Assembly: GCF_001447785.1 (NCBI RefSeq)
Contig: NW_015165236.1
Span: 1,837,294-1,901,293 of the forward strand
Source of the DNA: Gekko japonicus
Taxonomy: Eukaryota
Direction of reading: 5' to 3'
DNA length: 64,000 nucleotides
The translations under genes were made by a program, and so were the position numbers. The notes under the pieces were generated by a model. That model saw only the letters and a program-made list of their open reading frames with translations. It did not search any database and was not told where the DNA came from. Positions 29,301 to 43,300 of the stretch are shown here, in pieces. Position 1 is the stretch's first letter; each line of letters opens with the position of its first letter.

Positions 29301-31301
29301 CTCTGCCACTGAGCCACGGCCCCTCTTGACAGCTCTCTGGGGTCTCAGGCAAAGGTCTTCCCCATCACCTACTGCCTGGTCCCTTTTTAACTGGAGATGC
29401 TGCCGGGGATTGAACCTGGGACCTCCTGCGTGCCAAGCAGAGGCTCTGCCACTGAGCCACGGCCCCTCTTGGCAGCTCTCCAGGGTCTCAGGCGGAGGCC
29501 TTTCCCATCCCCTCCTGCCTGCTCCTTTTAACTGGAGATGCCTCTGGGGACTGAACCTGGGACCTCTTGCATGCCAAGCAGAGGCTCTGCCACTGAGCCA
29601 CGGCCCCTCCCCACTGCAGAGCTTCTGGTTCCTACATGCCCTCCTAAAGATGGACCAGGTGTGCCTCTTTGGGCAGGTACAGGAAAGTCACACAAACCTT
29701 TGTACCCCTAGACCCGGGGATGGCTAGGCAGGGCGCATGGACAAAGCGAGCTCAGACATTTTTTCAGTAAGGGCCCTGGGCCCCATCCACATCGGGCCTT
29801 AAACTGAGAACCAGCCCTTTGAATTTCACCGGGAACAGACAGGCAACCCCGTGTAGATCTTTCACTTCAGGGGTGATACAATCTCTGCCTCCCACCCCTG
29901 ACAATAACCCAGCTGGACTTTCTGGACGGCCCCATGTATTGCAGCCATATAGGCGGAGCAGCTGGCCGTGAACTCTCTTACCTCTGTCACGGGGAGTGTC
30001 ATCTCCACCACAGTCATTGCCGGATCCTTCCTTCCCTCTCCTCCTCCCGGGGGGAACATGCTCAGGTGTTCCACTGCACTTGCGGGAGAGCAGGTTCAGA
30101 AACCCCGAGTCGGCAGCGGACTCCCCTCTTCCTATTGGTGGTAGCGTCACGGCGGCGCCTGCACCCCCACTGCCGCCTCTCTCAGGCGCAGCCGGACGGA
30201 GACGGGGGTTCTCGCCTGCCGCTTCTAGGGAGACCCCCCTCCTGTTCTCGCTGAAGTCCAAAGGAGGCTCCGATTCCAGCCACAAAGGCAGCTTTTCCGT
30301 TCCAGAGCAGGATTCGCTCTTTGCGTAGGGAGAGGGCACCCTCTGAGTCGTTTTCCTGCCAGAGAGTCTGTCCATTCGCTCGCTCAGAGACAATTCATCC
30401 TCGGAATGGACCAGCTCTGGGATCTCTGGAGAGGAAGAGCTCTTAACCTGTTCCATGGAAGCAGGGTCTGAAGGCACTGGGGGACATCCTTCTGCCTCAG
30501 CAAGGCCGAGGGCAGTCACCGTTCCCTCGGGGCGATTTCCCCCGGCAGCAGAGTTCGGGTTTAACAACAGCTTGCCCGGCTGCTCACTCCAAAGCCTGCC
30601 ATCCCCTTGCTCAGGGGGAAGGGGACTGCTCTTTTGGAGGTCGATGGTGGTGCTGTCCTCTGGATCAGTCGTTCCACGGCTTTTTGGCAACTCGCCGGCA
30701 AAGACCAGGTTTCCGTCCACGTAGACAGTGACGCTTCTGGCTCCTACGTCTAGATCCTGGAAGAACAAGGGGCTCTTTTTTTAATCTATAAGAGGTATCG
30801 GGAAGCCCTGAAGGTGATGCGCACAGCGAGAGGCCGTTCAAACAGAACAAAAAGCAGACAAAGTTTTTGATTTGGGCCACGGTCGTTGGCCTTTGGAAAA
30901 ATCCTATTGACAGAGTCACACACACGCAGGGTGCCGGGGAGCCACATCCCAGCTGGCAGTTTCCCGGCAATCTCTGCCACTAAATACACTGATTGCAAAG
31001 CCTTCCCCCCTCCAGTCTCTCATGTCGATTTACTCCAGGTTGTTTCCCCCCGTCTCACCGCCTGGACTGGCGGCCCGCGGCCCACCTCTGCTGATGACCT
31101 AATCCAGGCTCTTTGAGAAAGTCCAGGAAGGGGCACTTCTCTTGGGCTGCACAGCACACCCCCCCCCCATACACTGGTGCTGGCAGATGAGCACCTCGAA
31201 AAGCACAGAAGACGATGAGTCAGAAAGGACGGAGCTGAGCTCATCTATAATCCAGCATGGAAAATCCTCTTTGTCTCACCACCTGGGGTGGTTCTGAATG
31301 A

Positions 31302-31357
<56 letters not shown>

Positions 31358-34300
31358 CCAGAGAGAATCTCAGGCCCGGCAGCTAGCTGCCCTCTGCCAC
31401 GGGACGTGGCGCTTCTTACACAAAAGACGTTGGCCCATAGGTCGGCTTAGCATGAAACCGACTCTGCGCGTGCAGCCGGAACCCCGGCTAGATCTCCGCG
31501 GCATCCACAGGCGGGAATTTCTCAGTCGTGCCAGGAACGCCTTTGCCCTGGATCACGATGCCAATAAAACCCCAACGGAGTGGATCTTAGCAGCCCTGCC
31601 TCACGGAATCCTGCTCAAAGGCCTGCTCGCTCTTCGGACATTCCCGAAGGTACCGCCACGAACTGGGGAAGGCTGGTCTCATTTCGAAGGTGTCACAAAA
31701 GCACTTCCCTGGCACTGAGGTGAAGCAACCACGAGAAGAATGCAGAGTGCGTAACAGATCCCTGGTTGGCCTGGCTCCTCTCCCCCCCGCCCCCTCCCCC
31801 CGAGGAAGGTTTCCTTCACAACCTAGAAATGCCGAAAGGGCCCCCCTCCTCCCCCCCCCGAAAGATGCCATTGCTTACGCCAAGGAGGGGCGTGCAGTAA
31901 TTCCAAATCCTGATCCTGGAGAGCCCGAAGTCACCTGACAGGCTGGGGTTCCGGAGCACAAAGTAGAGCTGCACGGGCGGCTGGAAAGGGCATGCCCAAG
32001 AGGAAGGGTCTCTGCTGGCCTGCAAGACCGGGGGGGGGGGGAGGAGCCCTCGTCAAGAGAGGGGGGCAAAAGATGAGGCGCCCTCCAAGGCCTCCGGGAG
32101 CAGCAGCCTCCAGCGAGGCAACCCAGGAGGATTCTGAGCGCGTTAATCCGCTTTGCAGCCCAGCAGGATCTCAAGGGGACATTTATGTCCAGATTAAGGA
32201 GGCAGGATCTCCGAGAGGGGCCGGCATTTCAGGCCACTTGGCTGGCCTTCCGAGGTCTCTCAAACGCACCAGCTGGCCCGGAAGTGGAACGTTGCCGGCG
32301 GAGAGAAGCTTCCCGGCCTTCCTACAGGCTCCTCACGCAGCTCTGTTTCGTGCCCAGCTCACGTGCCTCTGCCGGGCAGGAGGGGGCATCAGTCTTCGGC
32401 AAGGCAGTTCTGGGCTGCTTTTCTCCCCAAAGGGACCCAAAGTGGCTTACAGAAGAAAACAACACCGCCTGGACCACGTGGCTGAGAGCTGCCTGTTTGT
32501 GGGGAAGGGGGCGAAGCCTGCGCTCCCCACCTCGCCTGCCCGCCCTCCCTCCCATGGCAGCCATCGCCCGGCCAAGCCAGAGTCCTGTTCAGCTTCCCTC
32601 AAGCAAAACACCGGTGTGCGTGCGGAAGGGCAAGGTCCCAGTCAACCAAAAGGGCCAGAGAACGGCAGCCTCCACAACGGCTCTCTCCACAAAAGCACAG
32701 AGGGCCACGGAAGGGCCGGGGCTGTGATGGCCGAGGGGCAGTTTGGGGAGGCTTACGCGCAGGTTCCTGTTGACCAAGCAGCAGAGGTCTCCGGGCGAGT
32801 CGGCGTGCCTGATGTCCACGTCGTGGGGAGACACAAACACCTTCCTGTTGTGCAGGTCGAAGAACTCCACTTCCGCCAGCCCCACCCTCGGGGCGCCCCC
32901 CCAGTTGGAGAGGACCTCCAGGGTGACGTAGATGGCATCCCGGACGTCTCGCCCCCCTGACTCCGGCTGGCCCTGGAAGGACGGGGGGGGGGGGGGGGGA
33001 GGGAGAGAGAGAGAGAGAGAGGGAGGGAGGTGTGTCCTGAGCCAAGCAGCCCAGGGGGCCAGGAGGCGGCGCTACCACGTGGCTGGCCGAGGGGCCTGGG
33101 ATTTGGGGCACTTGGCAGGAGAGAGACGGAAACACAACGCCCCCCCCCCCACCTGGTCTTTGTTTCATGCCCAGAGCCAACGACCGCCACGGGAGCATCT
33201 TTCGATGCTGTCCAAATGACCTCATGGCCGAGACGGGAAGGGCTGATGCCCCCATGGCCCTGCAGACCTCTCTCAGGCTCCCGCTGTGACCTCCGCAGGG
33301 GCCCAGGGCCCTTCTTTGTCGCCCCCTCCCCTCCCCTCCCCGGCCAAGCCAGGCCTGCTGGGCTCGTGGTGCTGACCCCCCCCCCGCTGTGACCGCGACG
33401 GAGCTGGAGGATAAGAGGATTACCAAGCTGCGCCCTTCCGTAACGGAGACCTGATTTCGTACCACCGCTTGCGGCTCCGGCTGGACGGGACCTGGAGCTG
33501 CAGCGTCACGGCAGGCCAATGATGGGCTCTCCGGCTCCGGAAGCACCTCCAGAAGCTTCTTCTGAGGTCTGGCAGAGGAGGAAGAAGAAGAGATTGGATC
33601 TATACCCCATGGCCCTTCACTTGGAGTCTCAGAGTGGCTGACAAACTCCTTTCCTTTTCCCTCCCCACAACAGACAGACACCCGGTGAGGTAAGCGGGGC
33701 CGAGAGAGCTCTTGACAGGAACTGGCTCTTTTCCAAGGACAGCTCTTATCAGAACTACGGCTTGCCCAAGGTCATCCAGCCAGATGCAAGTGGAGGAGTG
33801 GGGGAATCAAACCCGGTTCTCCCAGATGAGAGTCCGCGCACTTAACTGCTACACCAAACGGAAGACCAGGGCTTAAAGAAAGGCTCCCGACCCAAACAGG
33901 CCAAGACCGGGGGGCGGGGGGGGGGCACCTGGGCACTGGCTCAGGCTCTCTCCGTGTGCCTGCCGAGGGGAGCCTGGGCGGCCACACTAAAGACCCTGGT
34001 CGGAAGCAGGCACGGTCGTCGGACAGGCGATGATTCATGGCCTGTCCCAAGAGGACCTTTGGTGAGCTTCATTCCCAGGGATGTGAGCGGGCGAACTCCC
34101 AGGCAGCTGGGGCCGCCTCCTCCTGACACAGGCAGCCACCTGCCCCCAGCCCAGCCCAGCCCCACGGCAGCCAGCGCTCCCGGCCACGTCGCCACACACA
34201 GCTCACCTCCCAGCCCAGGACTGCTGCCACCCCCCACGCGCCCTCTCCCGAGAGGAGGCTCCTGCAATGGCATTTGCGACCACCCCCACTTACCCTGCCC

Positions 34301-37300
34301 TTACGTGGACCCGATTCTGGGAGGATGGGATGTCGGGAGAGGATCCTTGTACCAAGTGACAGGGAAAGTCACCTGGACCATGAGCAGTCCGGCAAAGTGG
34401 AGAGCAGCACCCCCTTCCCAGGGCAAGCGCAAAGGGCTCCCGAACAACCCCCCTCAGCCACCTGCTTCCCAAGAGGCCGATCCGGTCGACAGCCGTGGAG
34501 AGGTCTCTTCCTTCCGGTTGCTTCGGGGGAGCCTCGGAGGCTGCAGAAGCAGACGGTGATGGCCCCTGCGTGAGGGGAGAGGGGGGAGACCCTTCAGAGA
34601 GCCTGGCTTGTTCACGGGCAGGAAGCAAAAGATGCCCCGGGGTGTCTGGAAGGGGCCAGGCCGCCCTCCCTTTCTTCCCTGGGGGGGGGGGGAGCAGCAG
34701 CCGCAGGCTGAAGGGCCTGGGGGGGACCGGCCCCCTGAGCTGCCCGCCCAGGAACTTGGGAGCTGAGCCGGCTTCTTCCCGCTCTCTCCTTTTCAAAAAC
34801 ATTTATTGATTCACTGACCACTTTTATAAACAACAGTAAGAGTTTCACACTATATGGAAAACACGAATAAACTGCCGCAATTCAGCAGTCAACAAAGAAC
34901 AAGTCATGGCCATAACTATTAGTGTTCCACGGACAGGGGTACTTAAATCAGAGGTCAATGACGCAGTGACACGATAGAGAATCACAGAATGTTAGAGTTG
35001 GAAGGGACCTTGCAGGTCATCTAGTCCAACCCCCCCTGCACTCTGCAGGATACGGATATAGAAATCTGAGCAAGTGATGAAGCATTTAAAATACTTAAAA
35101 GTCTGGCTACTTAATAGGGCAGGAAGGGGCTGTATTTCAAAGGTGTTCTGTGGGGTTTCCATGGACTTCAAAGGAAAGTAGTGTGTACCAAGGATGTAAA
35201 AAGACTGGGGGCCTCTTGCTCGCTTAAAATCCCCGATAGCCTCTCTGTATTCCACTCAAAGGGTGGCCACTCTCTCTCTCTCTCTTGCACAAAAGCCCTT
35301 CCAAAGGGATGAGGAAAAAGGCGCGTGGCTGCTGCCCCCCTACGGACTTCTTTACCAGCAGCAAGGCTCCAGAGTCGCCCCAGAGAACCTGGTGGGACCC
35401 TCTTGTTTGGGCTCACCAGAGACCTGTATGAACCTCACCGCTGGGACTGCAAAATCCCCACCGGCTCCCAAAAGGGACCCAGAGCCTTCTTGCTGGAAAG
35501 GAAGATTGTGTGCTATTCCTAAGTAGTCTGGATTCTGTCACCAGAGCTGAGCACCTCCAGAACATAAGAGAGAAGCCAATGTTGGATCAGGCCAATGGCC
35601 CATCCAGTCCAACACTCATTGTGTCACACAGTGGCTGAAAATACCTCTAAAACGTCCGATTAAACCACTGCTGCTGTTATGAGAATTGGGGCGTGTCGTC
35701 ATGTGCAACGTGTCGCTGGGTTTCCCCCACTTTGTGCGAGAGAGGACGTGGGGAGGGGGGAGAGGTCTGACTGAGGCCAACCGGGGTGCAAAGGAGCCAG
35801 GGAAACGCAAGGGCAGCCTGCAGGAACGCCCACCCCCACGGACAGGAGAAGAGGCCCTCCTCTGAGGAAGCCCCGGCTCCACCCACAGAGGAGTGGCTGT
35901 CGGCAAAGCTTCCCGAGTGCTTCTTCCAAGTGCTGCCAGGTGGGAGGTCCGGGAAGAGACAGGGAAGGGGTGCCCGGTCGTCTTCCTCCTGGCAGAGGGG
36001 CCCCGGGGCTCTCGATGCCTGCATTTCGCCGGCCCCAGTCCCATTCTTCTCCCCCCCCCCAAAAAAAGACTCCTCCTCTCTACTCCAGGGAGTCCCAGAG
36101 GGGACGATGGGTGGCCTGTCAGAGGGGCCTGGCACTGACCTCCGCGGGGGCCGCTTGCTCCGGCTGGGGGCTCACAGAGGACACCTCCTCCTGGCGCCGG
36201 CAGAGGAGCTCCTTCGGAAGGGCCTCGTTTTCCACTCGCACGGCTTTCAGGACGAGGGAGGCAGAGTGCGCCGGGTCCTTCTTCTCACACACGTTCTTGC
36301 GAGTGGCGGAGAGAGGCCTTTCTGAGCGGCTGGCCGGCCCTGGCACCCAAAAGAGCAGAAGACACCCCAGGGGGGTCACACTACGGAAGCACAAAGGGCT
36401 GCAGAGTATTCTTGTCGCAGGCACCACCACCACCACCACCACCCTGAGGCCGAAGTGGGTCTGCAGAGGCAGAAGGACAGCCCCCAGAGCAGACGTTCCT
36501 GCAAGAGACACCTGGGAGGCAGCAGAAGGAAGCTCAGTCCCAGCTTCATGCCACGTGGGACAGACCGAGTGGCGCAGAATCAGAGAGTTGGAAGGGACTT
36601 CCGGGGTCATCTAGTCTAACCCCCGGCACAATGCAGGAAGCTCACAAATACCTCCCCCTCCACACACCCCCAAATGACCCCAGAAGATGGCAAAAAAAAC
36701 CAACCCCTCCCGAATTGCTTCCTGACCCCAAAGTGGCCGTCAGCATTTTCCTGGGTGTGTGCCACAAGAACTAAGCACTGAGGCAACCCTTCCTGCCCTC
36801 CCTTCTTGGGATCTGCCTGAGTTCACAGACGCAGTATTGCTGTCAGACGGCCATCTAGCCTCTGTTGAAGAAACCTCCAGAGAAGGAGAGCCCACACCAC
36901 CACCTCCAGAGGAAGCCTGTTCCACTGAGTAACTGCTCTAGCTGTCAGGAAACTCTTCCTAATGTTGAGCCGAAAACTCTTCTGATTTAATTTCAAGCCG
37001 TTTGGTTCTGGTCTGACCTTCTGGGGCAACAGAAAACAACTCCGCCCCATCCTCTCTCGGTCAGCCCTTCGAGGACTTGGAGATGGTTACCATATCACCT
37101 CTCAGTCGTCTCCTCTCCAGGCTAAACATCCCCAGCTCCTTCAACCTTTCCTCACAGGACTTGGTCTCCAGACCCCTCACCATCTTCACTGCCCTCCTCT
37201 GGACATGTTCCAGTTTGTCTATGTCCTCCTTAAATTGTGGTGCCCAAAACTGAACACAGTACTCTAGAGGTGAGGTCTCACCAGAGCAAAGGGGCACCAT

Positions 37301-40300
37301 CACATCTCGTGATCTGGACACGATACTGATTTCAAGGTGTGCCCAGCCCACTCCACCCCTGGGATGCCAGAGCAGCCAAAACAGTCCCCCCACAGAACCA
37401 CTGATTGCCTGGCATCAGCCACACTCCACCCACAGAGAGCAGAGAGCGGGCCCAGCGGCAGAGGGACGGAGCAAGGCCAAATCCCCCCTCCTGTCCAGCG
37501 AGCAGGGCGGAGATCTGCCAGACAAGGGAAGGCCGGCAGGAGGAGAAGGCTCCAGGGCAACAGAAGCACCACGATGGTGAGGAAAAGGCTCCGCCCTTTC
37601 AGCTGTCCGTCATCCAGAAACAGATGCCAGACACAGCTGGGAGGGGGGAACCCCCCCCACCCTCAATGATGCCCCCACTCAAGAGGTTAGCAAACATGGT
37701 GGAAAGGCACACGAAATCAAGCTATGTCTTGGGCAGTAATGACCCCTGGAGCATGTCCGTGCCCCCCAGAAGTTAAGAAGAGAGAAGCGGGAGGAGAAAG
37801 ACAGTCCTCTTGGGAGCTGAGAAAGAGCAAAGGGGGGTGGGGGGTGGAGGCCAGAGCAGCGGGGGAGGGCGTTTGGCTGCCGGCGGCCATGTTCCCAGAG
37901 CCAGGATGGCGCTTGGCAGCTGCCCCATTGGGCGGTTCTGTTAGGAAAACCCGCTAGGAGGGGAACGGAGGCTTCCGGCAGAGGAGAGGCCTGTGAGTCA
38001 CGGCCCCCTTCCCTCTCCTCTTCCTGATCGCATGAGAAGGTGGCAGCCTCAGTGCTTCCACAGACCAGCCAAGGCCCAGGGAAGAAACCGGAACTCTGCC
38101 AGCTGCCGGGGCTTGCCCTGGGGCTCCTCCTGCTGCTCGGAGAGACGGAGAGGGCGGGGTGGAGCCATCTCTCTTACTGGTGGGGGCTGCTTCCTGTTCT
38201 TCCTGCTTCAGACACCCAGCAGAGAGGGGACAAATGGGCTTGCTCTTAACCATCACGGGCTTGGTCGGGATGTAGGCTTCCGCGTTCTCCCTCCTTCTGG
38301 CAGAAAGCACTCGCTCCTTCTTCAAGCCTGTCGGAAAACCGAACCGGAAAGGTGCCGAGTTCAGCTGCATATGGGAAATGTAACGGAGAGGTACCCCAAG
38401 CACCCTGGCGTGAGTCCTCACCTGCAATACCTGACAGGCCTCACCTCATTCTTGACATCAAGGCTAGACAGATCTAACACTGCCGCCAGCACACCCCTCT
38501 GGATTGTGTGGAAGCACAGTGTTGCGGCAGGTGAGGATAACTGCAACGTGCCACCCCAAACCCACCGGGTGGCAATCACGGGGCAACCATATGAGTTTTT
38601 AAAATGCTGGCATCAGTTTTACTTTATCTAGGGCCCAATCTGCATTTAGCATTTGTTTTGCCAAACCCACACCGGAACAGAAAAAGATGCAGTTCAAAAC
38701 CACATTCAACTACCCCAGGGCCAACACCGCGCTGACTGCAGTCACCATAAAACGGCCACCATAAAACCGAGAGATCAAGCAGGGTGAAAGCAGCCTGCAG
38801 TCTGGACACTGCCAGAAAATGCAACACTCAATCAAAGTGAAAGTGGCATGCAATGTAGACGGGAATTTCTGTTCCAGTGTGGGTTTGGTAGAACAGCGGA
38901 GCAAATGCTAGATGCAAGACTGGGCAAACTAGCAGAGGTTCACGATGGGTCTACTGGTTTCTCTTCCAGTCACATAAAAATATTCTCTTCCCTCTTTGGA
39001 GCTAATATAACAGCTTGCGGTCTAAAGAAACCTCTGATTCTGAAGACATCTCTAAAGGAGCCTGCAGTGCTATTTATTCCAGAGCTAGTCAAAGCCTGGA
39101 CTTACTTGGAGGGGTTGCCTTAGATTCCAGCACAATGAGAGAGGCGGCTGCAGCCGCCCGGAGGAGAAAGGACTCGGGGCTCTCCTGGGAAGTGTCAACT
39201 GGCTCTTCCGTAACAGAGGGCTGAGCAGGCACCTCCTCTTCCACAGAGTCGGAGTCCTCCCCGCCACTCAAGTCCAGAGGGGCAGAGCCCACGCAGTCCT
39301 CTTCCATGCTTTCCCGGCTCACATCCAATTTCAAGCTCTGCTGGAGTTCCTGGCAAACATTCCAGAGAGGACGGTCAGCAAGATCCCACACAGAGGACGT
39401 GCGAACCCCCCCCCCCCCAAACTCCTGGGTCATTAAATACGATGGATAAAGCTCTGAGTTCATTGCAAACATATTAAATCTCTGCACCTTCAGAAATCTC
39501 AGCTGGGAGCACTAAATGGAGCCTCTCAAACCTGCGGTTATTTGGGTCTGCCCTTCTCTCACCTGCATGCCGAGACAGGAGATTCAAAGGAGAACTGAAG
39601 GCCAGCAGCAGGAGGAGGCGGAGGAGGAGGCCCCTCCCTGTTCCCAGCTCCCCCCACCCACCCTCAGGTCAGATGTGGACTCTGGATACAGGCAGAGCCA
39701 CTGCTGGCTATGAAGAGGCCCCAACACAAGACAAAGTTGCTTTGGCACCTTTACCTCACAGAGGCCGACAAGCAGGCCTTCCCTGCCGGCATCCTCACCC
39801 ACAGTTACTTCTGCCTTTGGAACGGAGGCACTGGAGGCAGTGTCCTTAGGAGATTTGGGGCCCTGGAAGAGACAGAACTCGCTGCAGATCTGCCTCTACA
39901 CAGAGAAGCAAACAGCTGAGAGCAAAACTAGGCATGTCATCTGGTTGTCTGGCACGAATATTCTAGTTCTGCCGGTCTGAATAAGCATCGTGGACCCTCC
40001 TGACGGGCAATGCTATCCTAATTCAAATTAGCAGGAGAAACGGTACTGGCGGCTGGGATGTGGAAACTGCCCAGAGAAGAAAACGACAAGTGACTGTGTG
40101 TGTGCGTGTCACTCCTTCCTCAAAATGCAAAAAGGCTCCAGAGAGCAGTGAAGAAACCAGGAAGGGGGGGTGTGCCTCTGGGCTCCCAACCACAGAATCT
40201 GGGAGGAGGAAGCTTTTGATGGGATCACAGATGCTCTTTGCGGGGACAGGAGCAACCTCAGCGAGGGATTTTCCAGGACTGGGGGCTGTGGATGCACAGA

Positions 40301-43300
40301 CCGTCCTGTAGACCAAGGAAGAAGAAGAAGAGGAGATTGGATCTATACCCCATGGCCCTTCACTACCCAAGGGAGTTTCAGAGCGGTTTACAAACTCCTC
40401 TCCCTTCCCCTCCCCACAACAGACAACACCCTGTGAGGTAGGTGGGGCTGAGAGAGCTCTTGACAGGAACTGCTCCTCTTCAAGGACAGCTCTTGTCAGA
40501 ACTATGGCTTGCCCAAGGTCATCCAGCCAGGTGCGAGTGGAGGAGGAGTGGGGGAATCAAACCTGGTTCTCCCAGATTAGAGTCCGCGCACTTAACCACT
40601 ACACCAAACTGGCTCCCCGCAAGGGGGGGGGGGGGGGGGGGGAGAAGGCCTGCATCCACAGAGGCTGCTTGTAAATTCCATGCGTATCTGAGATGGACAC
40701 AGCTGAAACTCAGTGGCTATAAGGGGGGCAAGCTCCAAAACATCCCCAGGGCAGAGAAAAATCCTTCTTAAGAAATCCAAAATACGGATGATGACCATTT
40801 TTAAAGTTCTCGTTGTGCTTCCAGGAAAAGTGATCTACCGGGATATTAGTTTTTTTTAAAAAAAATGCTTCATTACCTCAGACATGAGAACTCTTGATGT
40901 CTTTTTTTTTTTTTTTTTAAGAGAGAGAGAGCACAAGCGAGCACCGCGCATGAGCCCCTCTCCCTCACTGCCAGCAGCAGGCACAGAGGTCTTCCTGGAG
41001 GCATCACCCAAGGATCAGGGCCTTCTGAAGAAACGGGAGCCAGGGGGGGGGGGGGGGGGGGGGGAGGCATGCAAGAGATAGCTCCCTCCCCTCCTCTCTG
41101 CTGGCTTTTGAGGCAGGGGGAGAGAAAAGGTGTGCGCACCTGAGAGCGGCCATTCTGTTCACAGTCGCTTGACTCCAGGTCGAGGCTGTCCTCAGGTTCA
41201 AAATCATCCGAGTACTCTGCCGGAGGGGCGACGTAGAGCTTAGATCCACTTTCTGTTTTGATCTGTACGGCCCTCTAGGAAACGTACAAGCTCATCTCAG
41301 ACTTTAGCAGAACTTTCTGAGTGACCTTGGGCCACTCAGCCCTCTCCAGGACTCCCCTACCCCAGAGGATTGTTGGGAGGAGAACTCCGGGGCCACCTGA
41401 AGGGTTAGAAAACTATGCAAAACACTGCGCATGTCGACAGTGTAAGCAGTTTTTTTTAGTGCTCCCCCAAATTTTCCAAAAAAGTCCTCAGGGGGAAGAA
41501 AACCACATCCACCCCCCCCCCAAAAAATGTGTCCATCTTTTCCTCCCTGGGCCTCTACTGCATACTCCTTTCATTGGGCGATTCGAGTTCTAGAATTACA
41601 AAGGCGGGGAGGGGTGGGGAAGGACCTCTGCACTGTGCATCCCTTTATAAACCTCTTGCCTTCTGTCATCATCTTTTCCCCCTAGCCTTAAAAAGAGACA
41701 AACCCCACATGCCCTTCCTGCATTTTATTGGCTGTTCTCTGAAATGCTCCATTTCAGAACACCTCCCAGACACACCTGTTTACCCAGACCCCTCAAACAC
41801 AGTCTCGGGCAGGAGCAGAAACAGGAGGTCAGGGGACACTGGCCTTTCGAGGGGCCACTTAATTTTGTTCAGAAACGTTATACCCTGCTTCTCTCTTCAC
41901 TTGATGACCGGCGGCCAATGGAGACGCCCGTGGGCTGGAAGGAAGCCATCTCCGCAGTGTACAAGGAAGGTGCTGTTCCCAGCCAGGCTAACCTCCCAGG
42001 CTCAAAAAATGTCTCAGGAGTCTCTTGATTCCCCCCACCCACCCCATCCACCCGGGTTGAAGCCAGGGGCCTTCTCTGCGCTGGATTTTACTTGGGGCAC
42101 TCCATGTGTTCCTTCCTTCTGCGTCTCCTCTGGTCAACGGAGCTCTCGGGCCGGGATCTGGAAGGAAATCAGGGGCAGGCAGCGTCATGGGCCTGAGAGG
42201 GATCAAAGGTCATGAGAATCTGCTCTCCTGGTTTACGGCAGGGCTACCAATAATGTAAACCATCTAAAATTTCTATAGGCTGATTTGCGGATGATCCCAT
42301 GGAAACAAGGCACCAAGTGCCGAAAAGGTACCTTGAGAGTCCTGTGTCTTGGACAAGAACAGCCAGCCCTGGGCCTGTCCCTGTTTCGTCTCTCAGCCCT
42401 GTCCATAAAACGTGTGTGTGTGTGTTGCCGGCAGTATTGCCTGTTTCCAGAACATGGGAGAGCTCTCCTCCTCCTCTCCTTCCACCCTCTTTTCAGAGCG
42501 GGCCAGGACTTCAGCGCCAGGATGGGGAGGTCAGGAGAGCCACGGGCCAGATCCCGTGCCGCGCACACTCTCCTGCTCCCGCCGGATCACTGGGGGCAGT
42601 GGCAGGGAAGCTCAGTGGCGGTCCCCGTTCTTCTTCTGGCTCCGCCTGTCCTCTCCTTAAAGGTGTCTTTTGTCTCAGCTGTCTATGGAGCAGTGTCGCT
42701 ACTGGGCAGCAGACAACAGGGATAAAGCGTCCCTCTGTACGTCCAGCTGCACCTGCCAAGCACACAGGGTGCCAATAAATGCTGCAGCTTATGCCATCCA
42801 CCTGGCATTCCTTTGGCAGGAAGAGTTAAAAAATTAAGGGTGTGATCTGCAGTAATGTTAGGAAAGTGACTGCAGGAGAAAGCAGCAGCAGCAGCAACAA
42901 AAGGGGGACATTTTCATTTCCTGGCTGCTACTACAGGCACTGCCCGTGGCAGCAAGCCCAGCTGCCTTCCCAAAAAGACACATCTCACTGCCAGTGGACT
43001 GGCACAGGGATAGGCTAACTTCAATCTGAGGAGGCAGACTTGTCTTTACTGCAGTGCCTGAGGTTCATTGATGTATTTTCTATGTATGAAGCAAAAAAAA
43101 AAAAAGAGTACTCTGGAACTCTCACCAATTAAAGGCACAGCTTATGTTCAGGATTACCTGACCCAGATGTGCTCTCACTTAGGAACAAAGTATGACACCC
43201 GTTACTGGAACAGGCCAACATCCACCAGTGACCTGCAGACTACTTGCTGCTCACCGCCAGGGCGGCTGTCCCAGGGTGTGTAAATTCTGCACCAGAAGGC

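Noticed and set aside
29020-29610. Tandem array as a CRISPR array or tRNA gene cluster
   Set aside because: Eukaryotic DNA, no unique spacers, no cas genes; the units are SINE heads with non-tRNA 3' parts.
42330-42410. [14 protein letters not shown] segment resembling a KATNIP N-terminus
   Set aside because: Lies downstream of conserved early exons; the similarity is weak and likely chance.
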